DNA of 64,000 bases from an uncultured Methylomirabilota bacterium (GTDB lineage Bacteria; Methylomirabilota; Methylomirabilia; Methylomirabilales; 2-02-FULL-66-22): positions 5,472,001 through 5,536,000 of the forward strand of contig OY970067.1 of assembly GCA_963705305.1 (NCBI GenBank), read 5' to 3'. Below the pieces are notes generated by a model, which worked only from the letters and a program-made list of their open reading frames with translations, was not told the DNA's origin and did not search any database. The translations under genes were made by a program, and so were the position numbers. This document shows, one piece after another, positions 21,042 to 31,276 of this stretch (its first letter is position 1; the number at the start of each line of letters is the position of its first letter).

Positions 21042-22360
21042 GTGCAAGTGGCCGGTTCAGCGCGACTCGTGGTCGCCGATTCCAAGGGGCAAATCTTCGA
21101 TCACCCCGGCCTGGGGATGGCCGGCCGGCTGGGAGCCGACGTTCGTGGACGTCCCCTCCGGAGGATCTCCTGCGGATCCCCGAGGGGACGAAGCTCTTCA
21201 CCATGCCGGGCAGCCGGCCCGTCGCCTGGGACGGGCGCCGCCGGGCGTTTCGCGCCGTGGGCCGCAGCCGGATTGCAGGTCGCAGCATCGCCTGCACCAC
21301 GGTGGCGGCGTTCCTGCCTCCGGGCTACACGCGAACCCACCTACCGGCGGCAGCCTATCCCGCACCGCAGCCGCCCCTGCCCCTCTGGCCGTACACCGCC
21401 GTGGGCTGGGACGGGGGATCGTTCGTAGCCGCCGCCATCCGGACCGATCCCATGGACCACTCGGCGGCGCGCCACTACGACGACCGCGAGCTGCTGCCCC
21501 TGATCGAGGCGCGGCGGGCGCAGGCCGCCGCCAACCCCATCCTGAACCAGCTGGTTCGCTGCGCCACCGAGTACCACTGCCTGGCAGCCAAGAATCTCTT
21601 CCTGGGGCGCTGGGAGGCGCCGCTACCCGTGGCCAACAGCTGCAATGCCGCCTGCGTCGGCTGCATCTCGTGGCAGCCCTCCACCGCCTGCGCCGCGTCG
21701 CACGAGCGCATTCGATACATGCCCACGGCGGAGCACGTGGTCGAGGTGGCTCTCCCCTTCCTCCAGAGCGTGCCCGAGGCCATCGCCAGCTTCGGCCAGG
21801 GCTGCGAGGGAGAGCCCCTCCTCGTGGCCGACGTGATGGCCGATGCCATCCGGCGGATCCGCCAGGCCACCGACCGCGGGACCATCAACTGCAACACCAA
21901 CGGCAGCCTGCCGGATCGGGTGGAGCAGATTGCCCGGGCCGGGCTGGACAGCATCCGGATCAGCCTGAACAGCGCTCTGGGCGCGGCCTACACCGCCTAC
22001 TATCAGCCCCGCTCCTACCGCTGGGAGGATGTCCGGGAGTCCATCCGCCGCGCCAAGGCTTTGGGGCTCTATACGACCGTGAACTACCTGGTTTTCCCCG
22101 GGGTGACCGACCGCGAAGAGGAGCTGGAGACATTCCTGCGGCTCATCCGCGAGACCAGGCTGGACATGGTCCAGATGCGGAACCTGAGCATCGACCCGGA
22201 GCTGTACCTCCGGATCGTGCCGCCGGCCCGCGGGAAGTGCCTGGGCATGCGGGCGGTCCTGCGCAGCATCCGGCGGGAGTTCCCACGGGTGGAGATCGGA
22301 TACTTCAACCGGCCCAAGGAGCTGTTCGGGACCACGCTGTGCGAGACGCTGGTGTTCTAG
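21042..22360 (+). CDS. radical SAM protein (frameshift near 21140-21160 as assembled)
   Basis: CNAACVGC (CxxxCxxC), SFGQGCEGEP, NTNGS. RBS AGGAGG plus GTG at 21042 gives the N-terminus VVADSKGQIFDHPGL in a different frame from the body. Confidence 0.85.
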
Positions 22361-22383
22361 CCTTGAACCGAATAGACAGTTCA

Positions 22384-22527
22384 ACCGCCATGGCGCCAAG
22401 GCTCCACAGTCCGTGGAGGCCGGCGGCTTCAATCTCATGCTCCGGGCCGTTCAGGGGTCCTGACGCGGCCCCAGTCTTGGGGCGTTCCGCCCATTCCAAT
22501 CGTGCAATTCTTGGCGTGCTTGGCGGT
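22384..22527. repeat. imperfect inverted repeat, REP-like element
   Basis: ACCGCCATGGCGCCAAG ... CTTGGCGTGCTTGGCGGT arms about 110 bp apart. Confidence 0.5.
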
Positions 22528-22627
22528 GAGCTGTGTTCGGAATGGGGCTAGCCGCACCCGATGCCGGAGAAACCGAGAGCGCCTGACCGGGGATCCGCGG
22601 GGGCCGAGGGGCGCCGATCGCGTGAGC

Positions 22628-24147
22628 CCTAATCTCCGGCTAAGCGGTGGCCAGCCGGGCGATCTTGCGCCGCGCCCGGACGAGCAAGGCGTGCTGCAGG
22701 GCGCCCGAGAGCCGCAAGAGCGTCCGTCGGGCATGCGCGACGACCTTCCCGACGGTGTTGAACAGCAGGAACCGGAGACGCTTCGGCCGGGCGGTCCGGA
22801 GATCTCCGGGTAAGGTCAACCGCTTGAGCGCGGTGAGCAGGTTGTAGGTGAGCACGTTCAGCCGGAACCAGGCGGCGTTCGCCCCGAACTTCCCACTGGG
22901 CAGCGCGGCGGCCGCCAGCTCGGTCTTGAGGACGTGATGGGTGTGCTCGATGGTCCCTGCTTTCTCCCGGTGCCACCGGAGGATCGTGAGCCCATCCTCC
23001 GGCCGATTGGTGACCACGGCGAAGTACTGCACGCTACTCCCGTCGGCGAAGAGGCTCCCCTGGCGTCGCTGGATACGCACCGCGAGGTAGCGGCGAACGC
23101 ACGGCCGCGCCTTCCGGTGATCGCCATCCTCGGGGACGTAGGGGACTTCGGCCCAGGCCCGGATCGCCTCGGGCTCCTCCCGCTCGAGCTGCCAGGCGGC
23201 CGCGGGGAGGCGCCGGATTCCTCGGCCTGGAGCTGCGCGGACATATCGGCGCTAATCGCGTAGGCGATTTTCTTCTCCTCGCACCAGCGGAGGACCTCCG
23301 TCTCGTAGAGGGCGCTGTCGGCCCGCAGGGAGATGCGGTCCACGCCCTGGGGCAAGTTGGCCACCGCCTGTTCGAGGACGCGCACGTTGCCGCACCCGGC
23401 GGGCACCTGGCCATCGCGGAACTGGTCGTGCACGATGACATCGTGCTCGGCCCAGAGGACCACGACGGGCTGGTAGCCCCGGGTCCCGTCGTAGGCCACG
23501 GTCGCCGCGTCCTTGTGGCTCTCGACGAGCGTCGCGTCCACATCCAGGGTGGCCGTCGCCGCCCGGGCCCCGCGCTGGACGCCCGCGACCAGCGTCCGGT
23601 TCGCCTGTCCGAGGCCCGCCAAGGGGGCGGACTCCAGGGGGACCGTGGCCGCGGGCCCGGCCACCCAGAGCGGCCCGTCCTCCACGTGGAAGGCCTCGAG
23701 GAAGTCCCGGACCGTGGTCGCGGCCGGCAGGGGGTAGCCGAGCAGCGTGGCCAGGGCCTGATCCTCCCGGAGCGTCGTGAGGTCCTGGCAGCGGTCCCCG
23801 CCGCTCGTCCACAACGCGACGAGACTCTCCACGAGCTGCGAGGGGGGTAATCCGCGCTGCCGCTGCTTGACCGCAACGTGGGTGTCGACGGCCTGGGCCA
23901 CCCCGAGCTGGCGGAACAGCTCGATCACGAGCGGGACCCCGGCCCGGCCCGTGACCAGCGTGGGGTCGATCGCGTCATCGATCTCGAACGGCAACCGGGG
24001 CGAGGTGTCGGGCATCGCTCTCCTCCTTGTGGTGTTTGCACCCACTGGGTGAAACCAAGCAAGGCCGATGCCAACCCCGCGGGCCGCGCGCACTGCGGGC
24101 CGCTGCGTGATTCGCGATCCCCCTCAACTTCTTAGCCGGAGATTAGG
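22628..24147 (-). mobile_element. IS1380-family insertion sequence (about 1520 bp)
   Basis: Perfect 17-bp TIR CCTAATCTCCGGCTAAG at 22628-22644 and 24131-24147; flanking direct repeat GTGAGC (22622-22627 and 24148-24153), or TGAG if the TIR is taken as 18 bp. Confidence 0.92.
22640..24015 (-). CDS. IS1380-family DDE transposase (frameshift near 23220)
   Basis: TLDVDAT, GYQP, LRADSA, R-x4-IE-x5-LK, LPSGKFGANAAW; stop codon lies inside the TIR. Confidence 0.88.
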
Positions 24148-24161
24148 GTGAGCCGGCGGCC

Positions 24162-24190
24162 TTGACCCGGAGGTGCTCCGCGTGTAGAGT
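24162..24190 (+). promoter_or_regulatory. putative sigma70 promoter of typA
   Basis: TTGACC-17 bp-TAGAGT. Confidence 0.55.
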
Positions 24191-24292
24191 ATCCCCGATT
24201 CACGGGCCGTGGAACGGTCGGTGCCGCGAGGACCAGTCGCCTCGCGGCGCTTTGCTTTTCACCGCTCGCGCGCCCGGCGGCATTCGGGAGGC

Positions 24293-26113
24293 ATGGTGAA
24301 GGAAGCCCGGCAGGACGTCCGCAATCTCGCCATCATCGCCCACGTGGACCACGGCAAGACCACCCTGGTGGACGCCATGCTGTGGCAGAGCGGCATCTTC
24401 CGCGCCAACGAGTACGTGGTCGAGCGGGTCATGGATTCCATCGACCTGGAGCGGGAAAAGGGCATCACCATCATGGCCAAGAACACCTCGGTGTCCTACC
24501 GCGGCGTCCGGATCCACATCGTGGACACGCCGGGCCACGCCGACTTCGGCGGCGAGGTCGAGCGGACGCTGAAGATGGTGGATGGGGTCATGCTGCTGGT
24601 GGACGCCAGTGAGGGTCCCCTCCCCCAGACACGCTTCGTCCTGCGCAAGGCTCTGGAGGCCAAGCTTCCCCCTATCGTGATCATCAACAAGATCGACCGA
24701 AGCGACGCCCGGCCGAAAGAGGTCCTGAACGAGGTCTACGATCTGTTCATTGACCTGGAGGCCACCGAGGAACAACTGGACTTCCCCGTCTTCTACTGCA
24801 ACGCCCGGCGGGGGCTCTGCCGCCTCGATCCCGACGGCCAGGACGGGCCGCTGATCCCACTCTTCGACGAGATCCTGCGGACGATCCCGCCGCCGGCCTA
24901 TGACCCGGACGCGCCCCTGCAGTTGCTCGTCACATCCCTGGACTACGACGACTACGTGGGGCGCCTAGTCATCGGTCGGATCTTCAACGGCCGGCTCCGC
25001 AAGGCCCAGGACGTCACCCTGTGCCGCCTGGACGGAAGTCTCGTCCCCGCTCGCGTCACCGGCCTCTACGGGACCCAGGGGCTGCGCCGCCTGGAGATCG
25101 AGGAGGCCGGTCCGGGCGACATCGTGGCCGTGGCAGGGCTCGCGGAGGCCAGCATCGGGGAGACCCTCTCCGACACGGAGAACCCCCGGTCACTTCCCCC
25201 CATCACGGTGGACGAGCCCACCATCGCCATGATGTTCTCCATCAACACCTCCCCCATGTCGGGCCGCGAGGGGCAGCACGTTACCTCGTCCAAGCTCCGG
25301 CAGCGGCTGGCCCGGGAGATGCTCACCAATGTCTCCCTGCGCATGGAAGAGACCGACTCCCCGGACACCTTCAAAATCTCCGGGCGGGGCGAGCTCCAGC
25401 TCGCCATCCTGATCGAGATGATGCGCCGCGAAGGGTTCGAGCTGTCGGTGGGCAAGCCGGAGGTGCTGACCAAGGAGATCGAGGGCCAGCGCCACGAGCC
25501 CATGGAGCACCTGGTAGTGGATTGCCCGGAGGAATTTATCGGCGTCGTGACCCAGAAGGTGGGCGTCCGCCGCGGCCGCATGACTCGCATGGTCAACCAC
25601 GGTAGCGGCCGGGTGCGCCTGGAGTTCCGCCTGCCCTCGCGCGGCCTGATCGGCTTTCGCACCGAGTTCCTGACCGACACCCGTGGGGCCGGGATCATGA
25701 ACCACCTCTTCGACGGCTATGCCCCCTGGCAGGGGGACATTCCCCAGCGGACCACCGGCGCCCTGGTGGCCGACCGCCACGGCCGCGCGACCGCCTATGC
25801 CAGCGGCCACCTCCAGCCGCGCGGGGTGCTGTTCACATCCGCCGGCGACGAGGTGTACGAAGGGATGATCGTGGGAGAGAACTCCCGCGAAAGCGACATC
25901 GACGTCAACATCACCAAGGAGAAAAAGCTCACCAACATGCGCGCCTCCACCGACGAGGCCACCGTCCTGCTGGTTCCGCCCCGCGTGATGAGCCTGGAGC
26001 AAGCCCTGGAGTTCCTGCGCGAGGACGAGCTGCTGGAGGTGACCCCCAAGGCGTTTCGCCTGCGCAAGAAGATCCTCTCCGCCCAGAAGCGCAAAGCCGC
26101 CCGCTTCGCCTGA
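24293..26113 (+). CDS. typA: translational GTPase TypA/BipA
   Basis: [49 protein letters not shown]. Confidence 0.97.
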   Translation: MVKEARQDVRNLAIIAHVDHGKTTLVDAMLWQSGIFRANEYVVERVMDSIDLEREKGITIMAKNTSVSYRGVRIHIVDTPGHADFGGEVERTLKMVDGVMLLVDASEGPLPQTRFVLRKALEAKLPPIVIINKIDRSDARPKEVLNEVYDLFIDLEATEEQLDFPVFYCNARRGLCRLDPDGQDGPLIPLFDEILRTIPPPAYDPDAPLQLLVTSLDYDDYVGRLVIGRIFNGRLRKAQDVTLCRLDGSLVPARVTGLYGTQGLRRLEIEEAGPGDIVAVAGLAEASIGETLSDTENPRSLPPITVDEPTIAMMFSINTSPMSGREGQHVTSSKLRQRLAREMLTNVSLRMEETDSPDTFKISGRGELQLAILIEMMRREGFELSVGKPEVLTKEIEGQRHEPMEHLVVDCPEEFIGVVTQKVGVRRGRMTRMVNHGSGRVRLEFRLPSRGLIGFRTEFLTDTRGAGIMNHLFDGYAPWQGDIPQRTTGALVADRHGRATAYASGHLQPRGVLFTSAGDEVYEGMIVGENSRESDIDVNITKEKKLTNMRASTDEATVLLVPPRVMSLEQALEFLREDELLEVTPKAFRLRKKILSAQKRKAARFA

Positions 26114-26489
26114 ACCCCTCCCCCCGCATTGTCGTCCATTCGCGCCGCCACTCCCCTTCCGACCCGAGGCCGCCTGCCTCTCCGGGCGCCGGGGGATGGG
26201 ATCCGCAATCCGAGGGGCATTATCCGTCTGGCAACCGCACTGGAAGCGCTTTCTGCTTGACACGCCCCAAACCGGCTTTTACGGTGTGTTTCGAAAATTC
26301 TCGTGTGACCCCTACGCACAGGCCGACTCTCGCGAGGGGCGCCGATCGCCCGCCGGTCGCCGGGCCACAACTTCTGTGGAGAGGTGTGCGCGGCGAACGG
26401 CCCCGAGGGTCCGGCCGGAAGTCTGGTGCCGCATGCCGCCGGTCGAAACCGGCCCGAGGCGCGGCTCGGCACGGAGGAGGCAATCGGGG

Positions 26490-27350
26490 ATGGAGAGTGC
26501 CTCGAACGGCCCGGTGAATCAGCACAAGGTGCTGCTGGCCGACAACGATCGGCTGATACGGGAGACCGTCGGGGACTTCCTCCGCTCGCTGAAGTACAAG
26601 GTGTACCTGGCGGAGGATGGCCTCGAGGCGGTGCGGCTGACCCGGAAGGTCCGACCGGCATGCGTGATTCTCGATGTCATTATGCCGAAGCTGGACGGCA
26701 GTCGCGTCTGTCGGGTGTTGCGGCACGACCCGCGCCTGCAGGAGATCGCCATCATCATCCTCTCCGGGCTGAGCCCGCGCGACTTTCGCACGTTCGCCGG
26801 ACTGAGTGGAGACGTGTACGTGGCCAAGGGCTTCCTGCCCACCGTATGCGACAATATCCGGCGGGCCATCGAACAGGTGGTCCGAGACGGGAGGCCGGAC
26901 CCGCTTGCCTGGGGAGCATTCGGGTATGAGCAGGATCGACCCAATCAGGTCGTCCAGGAGATGCTGGAAGAGCGGGAGCGCTTCGCGGGAATGCTGCAGG
27001 CACTGGGCGCCGGGGTCCTGGAGCTGGATGGAATGGGGCATATCCTGATGGCAACCCCGGGGGCCTGCGACATCCTCGGAGGAACGGAGGCGCAGCTCAT
27101 CGGGGAATCCGTGCTGAAATACTGCTCGGAGCGCAGCCGCCGCGAACTCCGGACACTGCTGCACTCCCCGGCGGCCGAGCCCGGCCTGCATCCGCAGGTG
27201 CTGAACTGCCGATTCGCGTCAGGGCTCGCCCGGCTGCGCCTCTCGACAATCCGCAACGAGGGCGCGTGCACGGGCTTCCTGATGCTCCTCGAGAACGAAG
27301 CGTCGCGCCCGGGGGAGGAGTTTCCCAGCAGCCCTCCGGCTCACGCATAA
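26490..27350 (+). CDS. response regulator receiver plus PAS-like domain protein
   Basis: VLLADND, ILDVIMPKLDG (phospho-Asp), YVAK; C-terminal GVLELDGMGHI...ACDILG...QLIG PAS pattern. Confidence 0.8.
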   Translation: MESASNGPVNQHKVLLADNDRLIRETVGDFLRSLKYKVYLAEDGLEAVRLTRKVRPACVILDVIMPKLDGSRVCRVLRHDPRLQEIAIIILSGLSPRDFRTFAGLSGDVYVAKGFLPTVCDNIRRAIEQVVRDGRPDPLAWGAFGYEQDRPNQVVQEMLEERERFAGMLQALGAGVLELDGMGHILMATPGACDILGGTEAQLIGESVLKYCSERSRRELRTLLHSPAAEPGLHPQVLNCRFASGLARLRLSTIRNEGACTGFLMLLENEASRPGEEFPSSPPAHA

Positions 27351-27403
27351 CCCTGCCGGTACAGAGCAATCCTCGTCCACTCTCCCGACCCGCTGGAGGA
27401 CAC

Positions 27404-28297
27404 ATGAACGAGTATCTGCTGTCTGTGCTGCTGGGAACTATCGAAGGCCTGACCGAGTTCCTGCCGGTCAGCTCCACCGCTCATCTGCGCATTGCCGAAG
27501 CTCTTGTCAATATCGACCTGGCCAGTGGCTACTGGAAGATGTACACAATCGTCATCCAGCTTGGCGCCATCCTGTGCCTTCCCCTGTACTTCCGCGCCGA
27601 GATCCGCAAGTTTCTGTCGACGTTCCCACAGGGTGAGCAGGGCGACCGCACGCCATGGACGCATCCTCTCGGCCTGACGATCGTGGCCTTCGTGGTCACC
27701 GCCCTGCCGGCCTTCCTGTTGACCAAGGTCATCGGCAAGCACCTGGAAAGTCTCTTCATCATCGGCAGCTCGCTGGTCATCGGGGGCATCGTGATGTGGC
27801 TGGTAGATGCCAGGAATGCCCGGTCCGAGGCGGCTGGGCCGGCGGCGACCGGAGGGCGCATTCACACCTGGCGGATGGAGGCCATGGGCCTGGGCCAGGC
27901 GGTGTGGATCGGCGCCTGCCAGATCCTCTCGGCCGTCTTCCCGGGGACGTCGCGCTCCATGTCCACCATTGCGGCCGGGCAGCTTGCCGGCATGTCGCGC
28001 GCGGCGGCGCTGGAGTTCTCCTTCTTCCTCTCGATGCCGACCATGGTGGTGGCCACCTGCTACGATCTCCTCAAGTCGCTGCGGCCCGGCCGCGAGAACC
28101 CCATCGGAGCGACCTCCATTGACGCCCACGGGTGGGTGGTTCTGGCCATCGGCTTTGCGATCTCTTTTGTCGTAGGCTACGCCAGCGTGGCCTGGTTTAT
28201 GGCCTGGGTGCGCCACCGGGGATTCACGCCGTTTGCCGTGTACCGGATTCTCTTCGGAACCGCCGTGCTGATCTGGGCTTCCGGGTTGGCCAGGTGA
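27404..28297 (+). CDS. uppP: undecaprenyl-diphosphate phosphatase
   Basis: EGLTEFLPVSSTAHL, IQLGAIL, PGTSRS, EFSFFLSMP, FAVYR. Confidence 0.95.
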   Translation: MNEYLLSVLLGTIEGLTEFLPVSSTAHLRIAEALVNIDLASGYWKMYTIVIQLGAILCLPLYFRAEIRKFLSTFPQGEQGDRTPWTHPLGLTIVAFVVTALPAFLLTKVIGKHLESLFIIGSSLVIGGIVMWLVDARNARSEAAGPAATGGRIHTWRMEAMGLGQAVWIGACQILSAVFPGTSRSMSTIAAGQLAGMSRAAALEFSFFLSMPTMVVATCYDLLKSLRPGRENPIGATSIDAHGWVVLAIGFAISFVVGYASVAWFMAWVRHRGFTPFAVYRILFGTAVLIWASGLAR

Positions 28298-28391
28298 GGC
28301 ACGCCCGGCTGGCTGCCTGCCGTCGACTGCGGTTCGCGCACGGAGACCCTGGACACGCCGGGGATGGGGTGCAAGGGGAGGCGGCTGCGGG

Positions 28392-29051
28392 CTACAGGTT
28401 GATCACGCGGCGGGCCATGGCCCGCTCCCATTTCGTGTTGTCGTCCGCGCCGAAGATCAGGGCCTCGTCGGCCGGAGCGGTCACCCAGGCCCCCGCCTTC
28501 ATCTCCCGCTCCAGCTGGCCTGGGGCCCAGCCGGCATAGCCAAGGGCAAACAGGCTTTGGCGCGGCCCGTTCCCCCGCCCGATGGCTCGCAGGATCTCAG
28601 GCTCCGTCGTGAGAGCGATTCCGTCCTTGACGACCCGGCTGTCCGACAGCATGAAGTCCGTCGTATGCAGCACGAAGCCGCGCTCCGGTTCAACCGGGCC
28701 GCCGAAGCGCACCAGGATCTTTCCCTTGGCTCCCTGGCCGTCCAGGCCGAAGCTCTTGAGCAGATCGGCCACGGGCGCTTCCGCCATCGGGCGGTTCACG
28801 ATGAGGCCCATGGCCCCTCCCGCCCCGTGGTAGACGACGTAAACCACCGTGCGAACAAATCGAGGGTCCCGCAGCTCCTCTGCCGCCACCAGGAGCTGGC
28901 CGCTCAGCCCGGTGGATTGAGCGGGAACTGCCGGCCCGGGCCCGCCACCGGGACCCAGGGGGATGAAGCCGACGGCCAGCCCCCCCGCCAGGATTGCCAG
29001 GGTCAGCGAGAGCCACAGGCTCAGGCCACGACAACGCGTTCCCACGGACAT
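28392..29051 (-). CDS. YqgE/AlgH family protein with N-terminal hydrophobic extension
   Basis: DPRFVRTV, GAMGLIVNRP, GGPV, GYAGWAPGQLE. Confidence 0.9.
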   Translation of the reverse strand: MSVGTRCRGLSLWLSLTLAILAGGLAVGFIPLGPGGGPGPAVPAQSTGLSGQLLVAAEELRDPRFVRTVVYVVYHGAGGAMGLIVNRPMAEAPVADLLKSFGLDGQGAKGKILVRFGGPVEPERGFVLHTTDFMLSDSRVVKDGIALTTEPEILRAIGRGNGPRQSLFALGYAGWAPGQLEREMKAGAWVTAPADEALIFGADDNTKWERAMARRVINL

Positions 29052-29336
29052 GGTCGAACCGCCTCGATCTGAGAGCTTGGGGATAGAGTATAGCAGATCA
29101 ACTCTGTCTCTTCCGCATTTCTCTCTTCGCGCCTCCGGCCACGCACGCGGGAGGTCGGATCGTCGCCCGTCGCGTTCCCTCCTTGCGCCTTCGGCTTCCT
29201 CTTGCTATACCTTGGAGGACCCTCTCCAAGGACGAGAGATCGCGCAGACTTCTCCGGTCCTCAGGGACCCACATCGCCGCTGTCGGAAGACACGACATAT
29301 CTTGCGCCCCCTGCTGGTCGAGTGCGAGGCTGCCCC

Positions 29337-29609
29337 ATGGGGCTTCCCCCCAATATGTTCGGAGAGCCCGGTGCCCCCAATCGCCAGCGCTGGTTCTCCG
29401 GCTTCCAGCGCGGCCTGGCGCTCTGGCCTCTCTGGATTCTGTTGCGCCTAGCCTCGCTCTTCCTTCCGGCCCGGCACCCCATGAAGGGGCTCAGATTCTC
29501 TTCCTTCCGGACCCACGGCAGCGAAGCCGCCTGCTGGATCGGCATCGGCCTCTGGGCGCTCGTCGCCATCTGGCTTTGGAGTATTTCCATGATTCTCAGC
29601 TCCGGTTGA
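29337..29609 (+). CDS. small hypothetical membrane protein
   Basis: Two hydrophobic Trp-rich segments; start uncertain. Confidence 0.45.
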   Translation: MGLPPNMFGEPGAPNRQRWFSGFQRGLALWPLWILLRLASLFLPARHPMKGLRFSSFRTHGSEAACWIGIGLWALVAIWLWSISMILSSG

Positions 29610-29655
29610 GCCGCCTCCGGGTCTTTGGACCCCCCGCGCCGACAGGGATCCCATC

Positions 29656-29684
29656 TTGACACCGATCCGAAAAGCCGGTATCTT
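29656..29684 (+). promoter_or_regulatory. putative sigma70 promoter of the ubiD-SBP unit
   Basis: TTGACA-17 bp-TATCTT. Confidence 0.55.
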
Positions 29685-29813
29685 GCGACCCTCCGCTCCG
29701 GGTGCCGCCGCTCCGGGAATGGTTCCCGACGGGCGGCGTACTGAGCCGCATCTCCACAGGCTGTTCCGTCCGGTCCAGGTTGTGTTCATTTCCGAGCCGA
29801 CGCGAGCGCTCCA

Positions 29814-31193
29814 ATGAAAAAGGATCTCCGCTCCTTCCTCAAATCCGTCGAAGAGAAATCTCCCGAGCTGCTCCTCCACGTAAAAAGGGAGGTCAGCCCC
29901 CGCTGGGAAGCCTCGGCCGTCCAGCGGCGGCTGGAGGCGGACGCCAGGCTGCCCATCCTGATCTTCGACAAGATCGCGGGCCACCAGATGAGGATGGTGA
30001 CCAATCTCTTCGCATCCAAGCGGCACCTGGCGCTGGCGCTGGATACCACCCCCGAGCGGATCGTCGCCACATTCACCGAGGCGCAGAAGCACCGCATCCC
30101 GCCACGGGTGGTGGACACCGGCCCGGTCAAGGAGGTGGTCCTGACCGGGGAGCCAGCGGATCTGCGGGGGCTGCCCCTCGTGACCCACTGCGAGAAGGAT
30201 GCCGGTCCCTACCTCTCCTCCGGCGTGACGATCATGCGGAACCCGTTCACCGGCGTCCTGAACGCAGGCCTGTACCGCAACCAGTACCTTTCCCCCCGGC
30301 GGCTCACTCTCAACCTCGCGCCGCTGTGCCACGCCTCCCAGATCACGGCGGAGGCCGAGGCCAGGGGGCAGGACGTTGACGCGGCGATCGTCATCGGCCA
30401 CCACCCCGCCCTGGGAATGGCATCCCAGCAGCGCGGGACCATCGGCGAGTACGAGCTGGAGACGATGGGGGGGCTGCTGGGGGAGCCCGTGGATGTGATC
30501 CCCTGTGAGACGGTGGATGTCCTGGTGCCCGCCGACGCCGAGATCGTGATCGAGGGGCGGGTCAGGACCGCCGACCGGGAAGAGGACGGCCCCTTCGGCG
30601 ACTACTGGCTGTACTACGCGCCGCCCAAGAAGGCCCGCGTCTTCGAGGTCACGGCCATCACCCGCCGACGCGACGCCATCTTCCATGACATCTTCAACGT
30701 CGGCCCGGAGCACCTGGTGCTGTTCTCCCTGGGGATGGAAGGAGTCGTGCTGTCGCAGCTCCAACAGCTTATCCCGCAGGTCCAGGCCATCAACGTTCCC
30801 GTCGCCGGCTCGGGGAATCTAGTCTATGTCCAGATCCGGAAAGATTTCGAGGGGCTGGGGGTCAACGCCGCCCTGGCTGCCTTGGGCGCCTACCGGTTCA
30901 AGTGTGCAGTGGTGGTGGACGAGGACGTGGACATCTATAACGACCAGAAGGTCCTCTGGGCGATCATGACCCGAACCCAGGCGGACCGGTCCTTCTTCAC
31001 CGTGCCCAACTCCTACATCTCGCGGGTGGATCCCACCGGGTACGCCCCCTGGCAATCCGGCGACGCGGGGGACCGCCTTCTCAGCACGCGGCTGGGTATC
31101 GACGCCACCAAGCCCCTGGACCCATCCTTCCCGCAGGTTGCGGAGCCCCCCAGAGGCCTGTGGACCACGCTTGATCTCGGGCAGTACCTCTAG
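29814..31193 (+). CDS. UbiD family (prFMN-dependent) decarboxylase
   Basis: DAGPY, NAGLYR, VPADAEIVIEG, DGPFGDY, VVVDEDVDI, LGIDATKP. Confidence 0.93.
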   Translation: MKKDLRSFLKSVEEKSPELLLHVKREVSPRWEASAVQRRLEADARLPILIFDKIAGHQMRMVTNLFASKRHLALALDTTPERIVATFTEAQKHRIPPRVVDTGPVKEVVLTGEPADLRGLPLVTHCEKDAGPYLSSGVTIMRNPFTGVLNAGLYRNQYLSPRRLTLNLAPLCHASQITAEAEARGQDVDAAIVIGHHPALGMASQQRGTIGEYELETMGGLLGEPVDVIPCETVDVLVPADAEIVIEGRVRTADREEDGPFGDYWLYYAPPKKARVFEVTAITRRRDAIFHDIFNVGPEHLVLFSLGMEGVVLSQLQQLIPQVQAINVPVAGSGNLVYVQIRKDFEGLGVNAALAALGAYRFKCAVVVDEDVDIYNDQKVLWAIMTRTQADRSFFTVPNSYISRVDPTGYAPWQSGDAGDRLLSTRLGIDATKPLDPSFPQVAEPPRGLWTTLDLGQYL

Positions 31194-31276
31194 GAAGGTC
31201 GTTTCGGACGAGGGCCGCCGCGCCCCGGCAACCGTCGCGGTGGCCACGGAATGGCAGACATTCAGTGTATGGAGGT

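Noticed and set aside
23205..23235. Programmed ribosomal frameshift in the transposase
   Set aside because: No slippery heptamer at the site, and IS1380 transposases are normally single ORFs.
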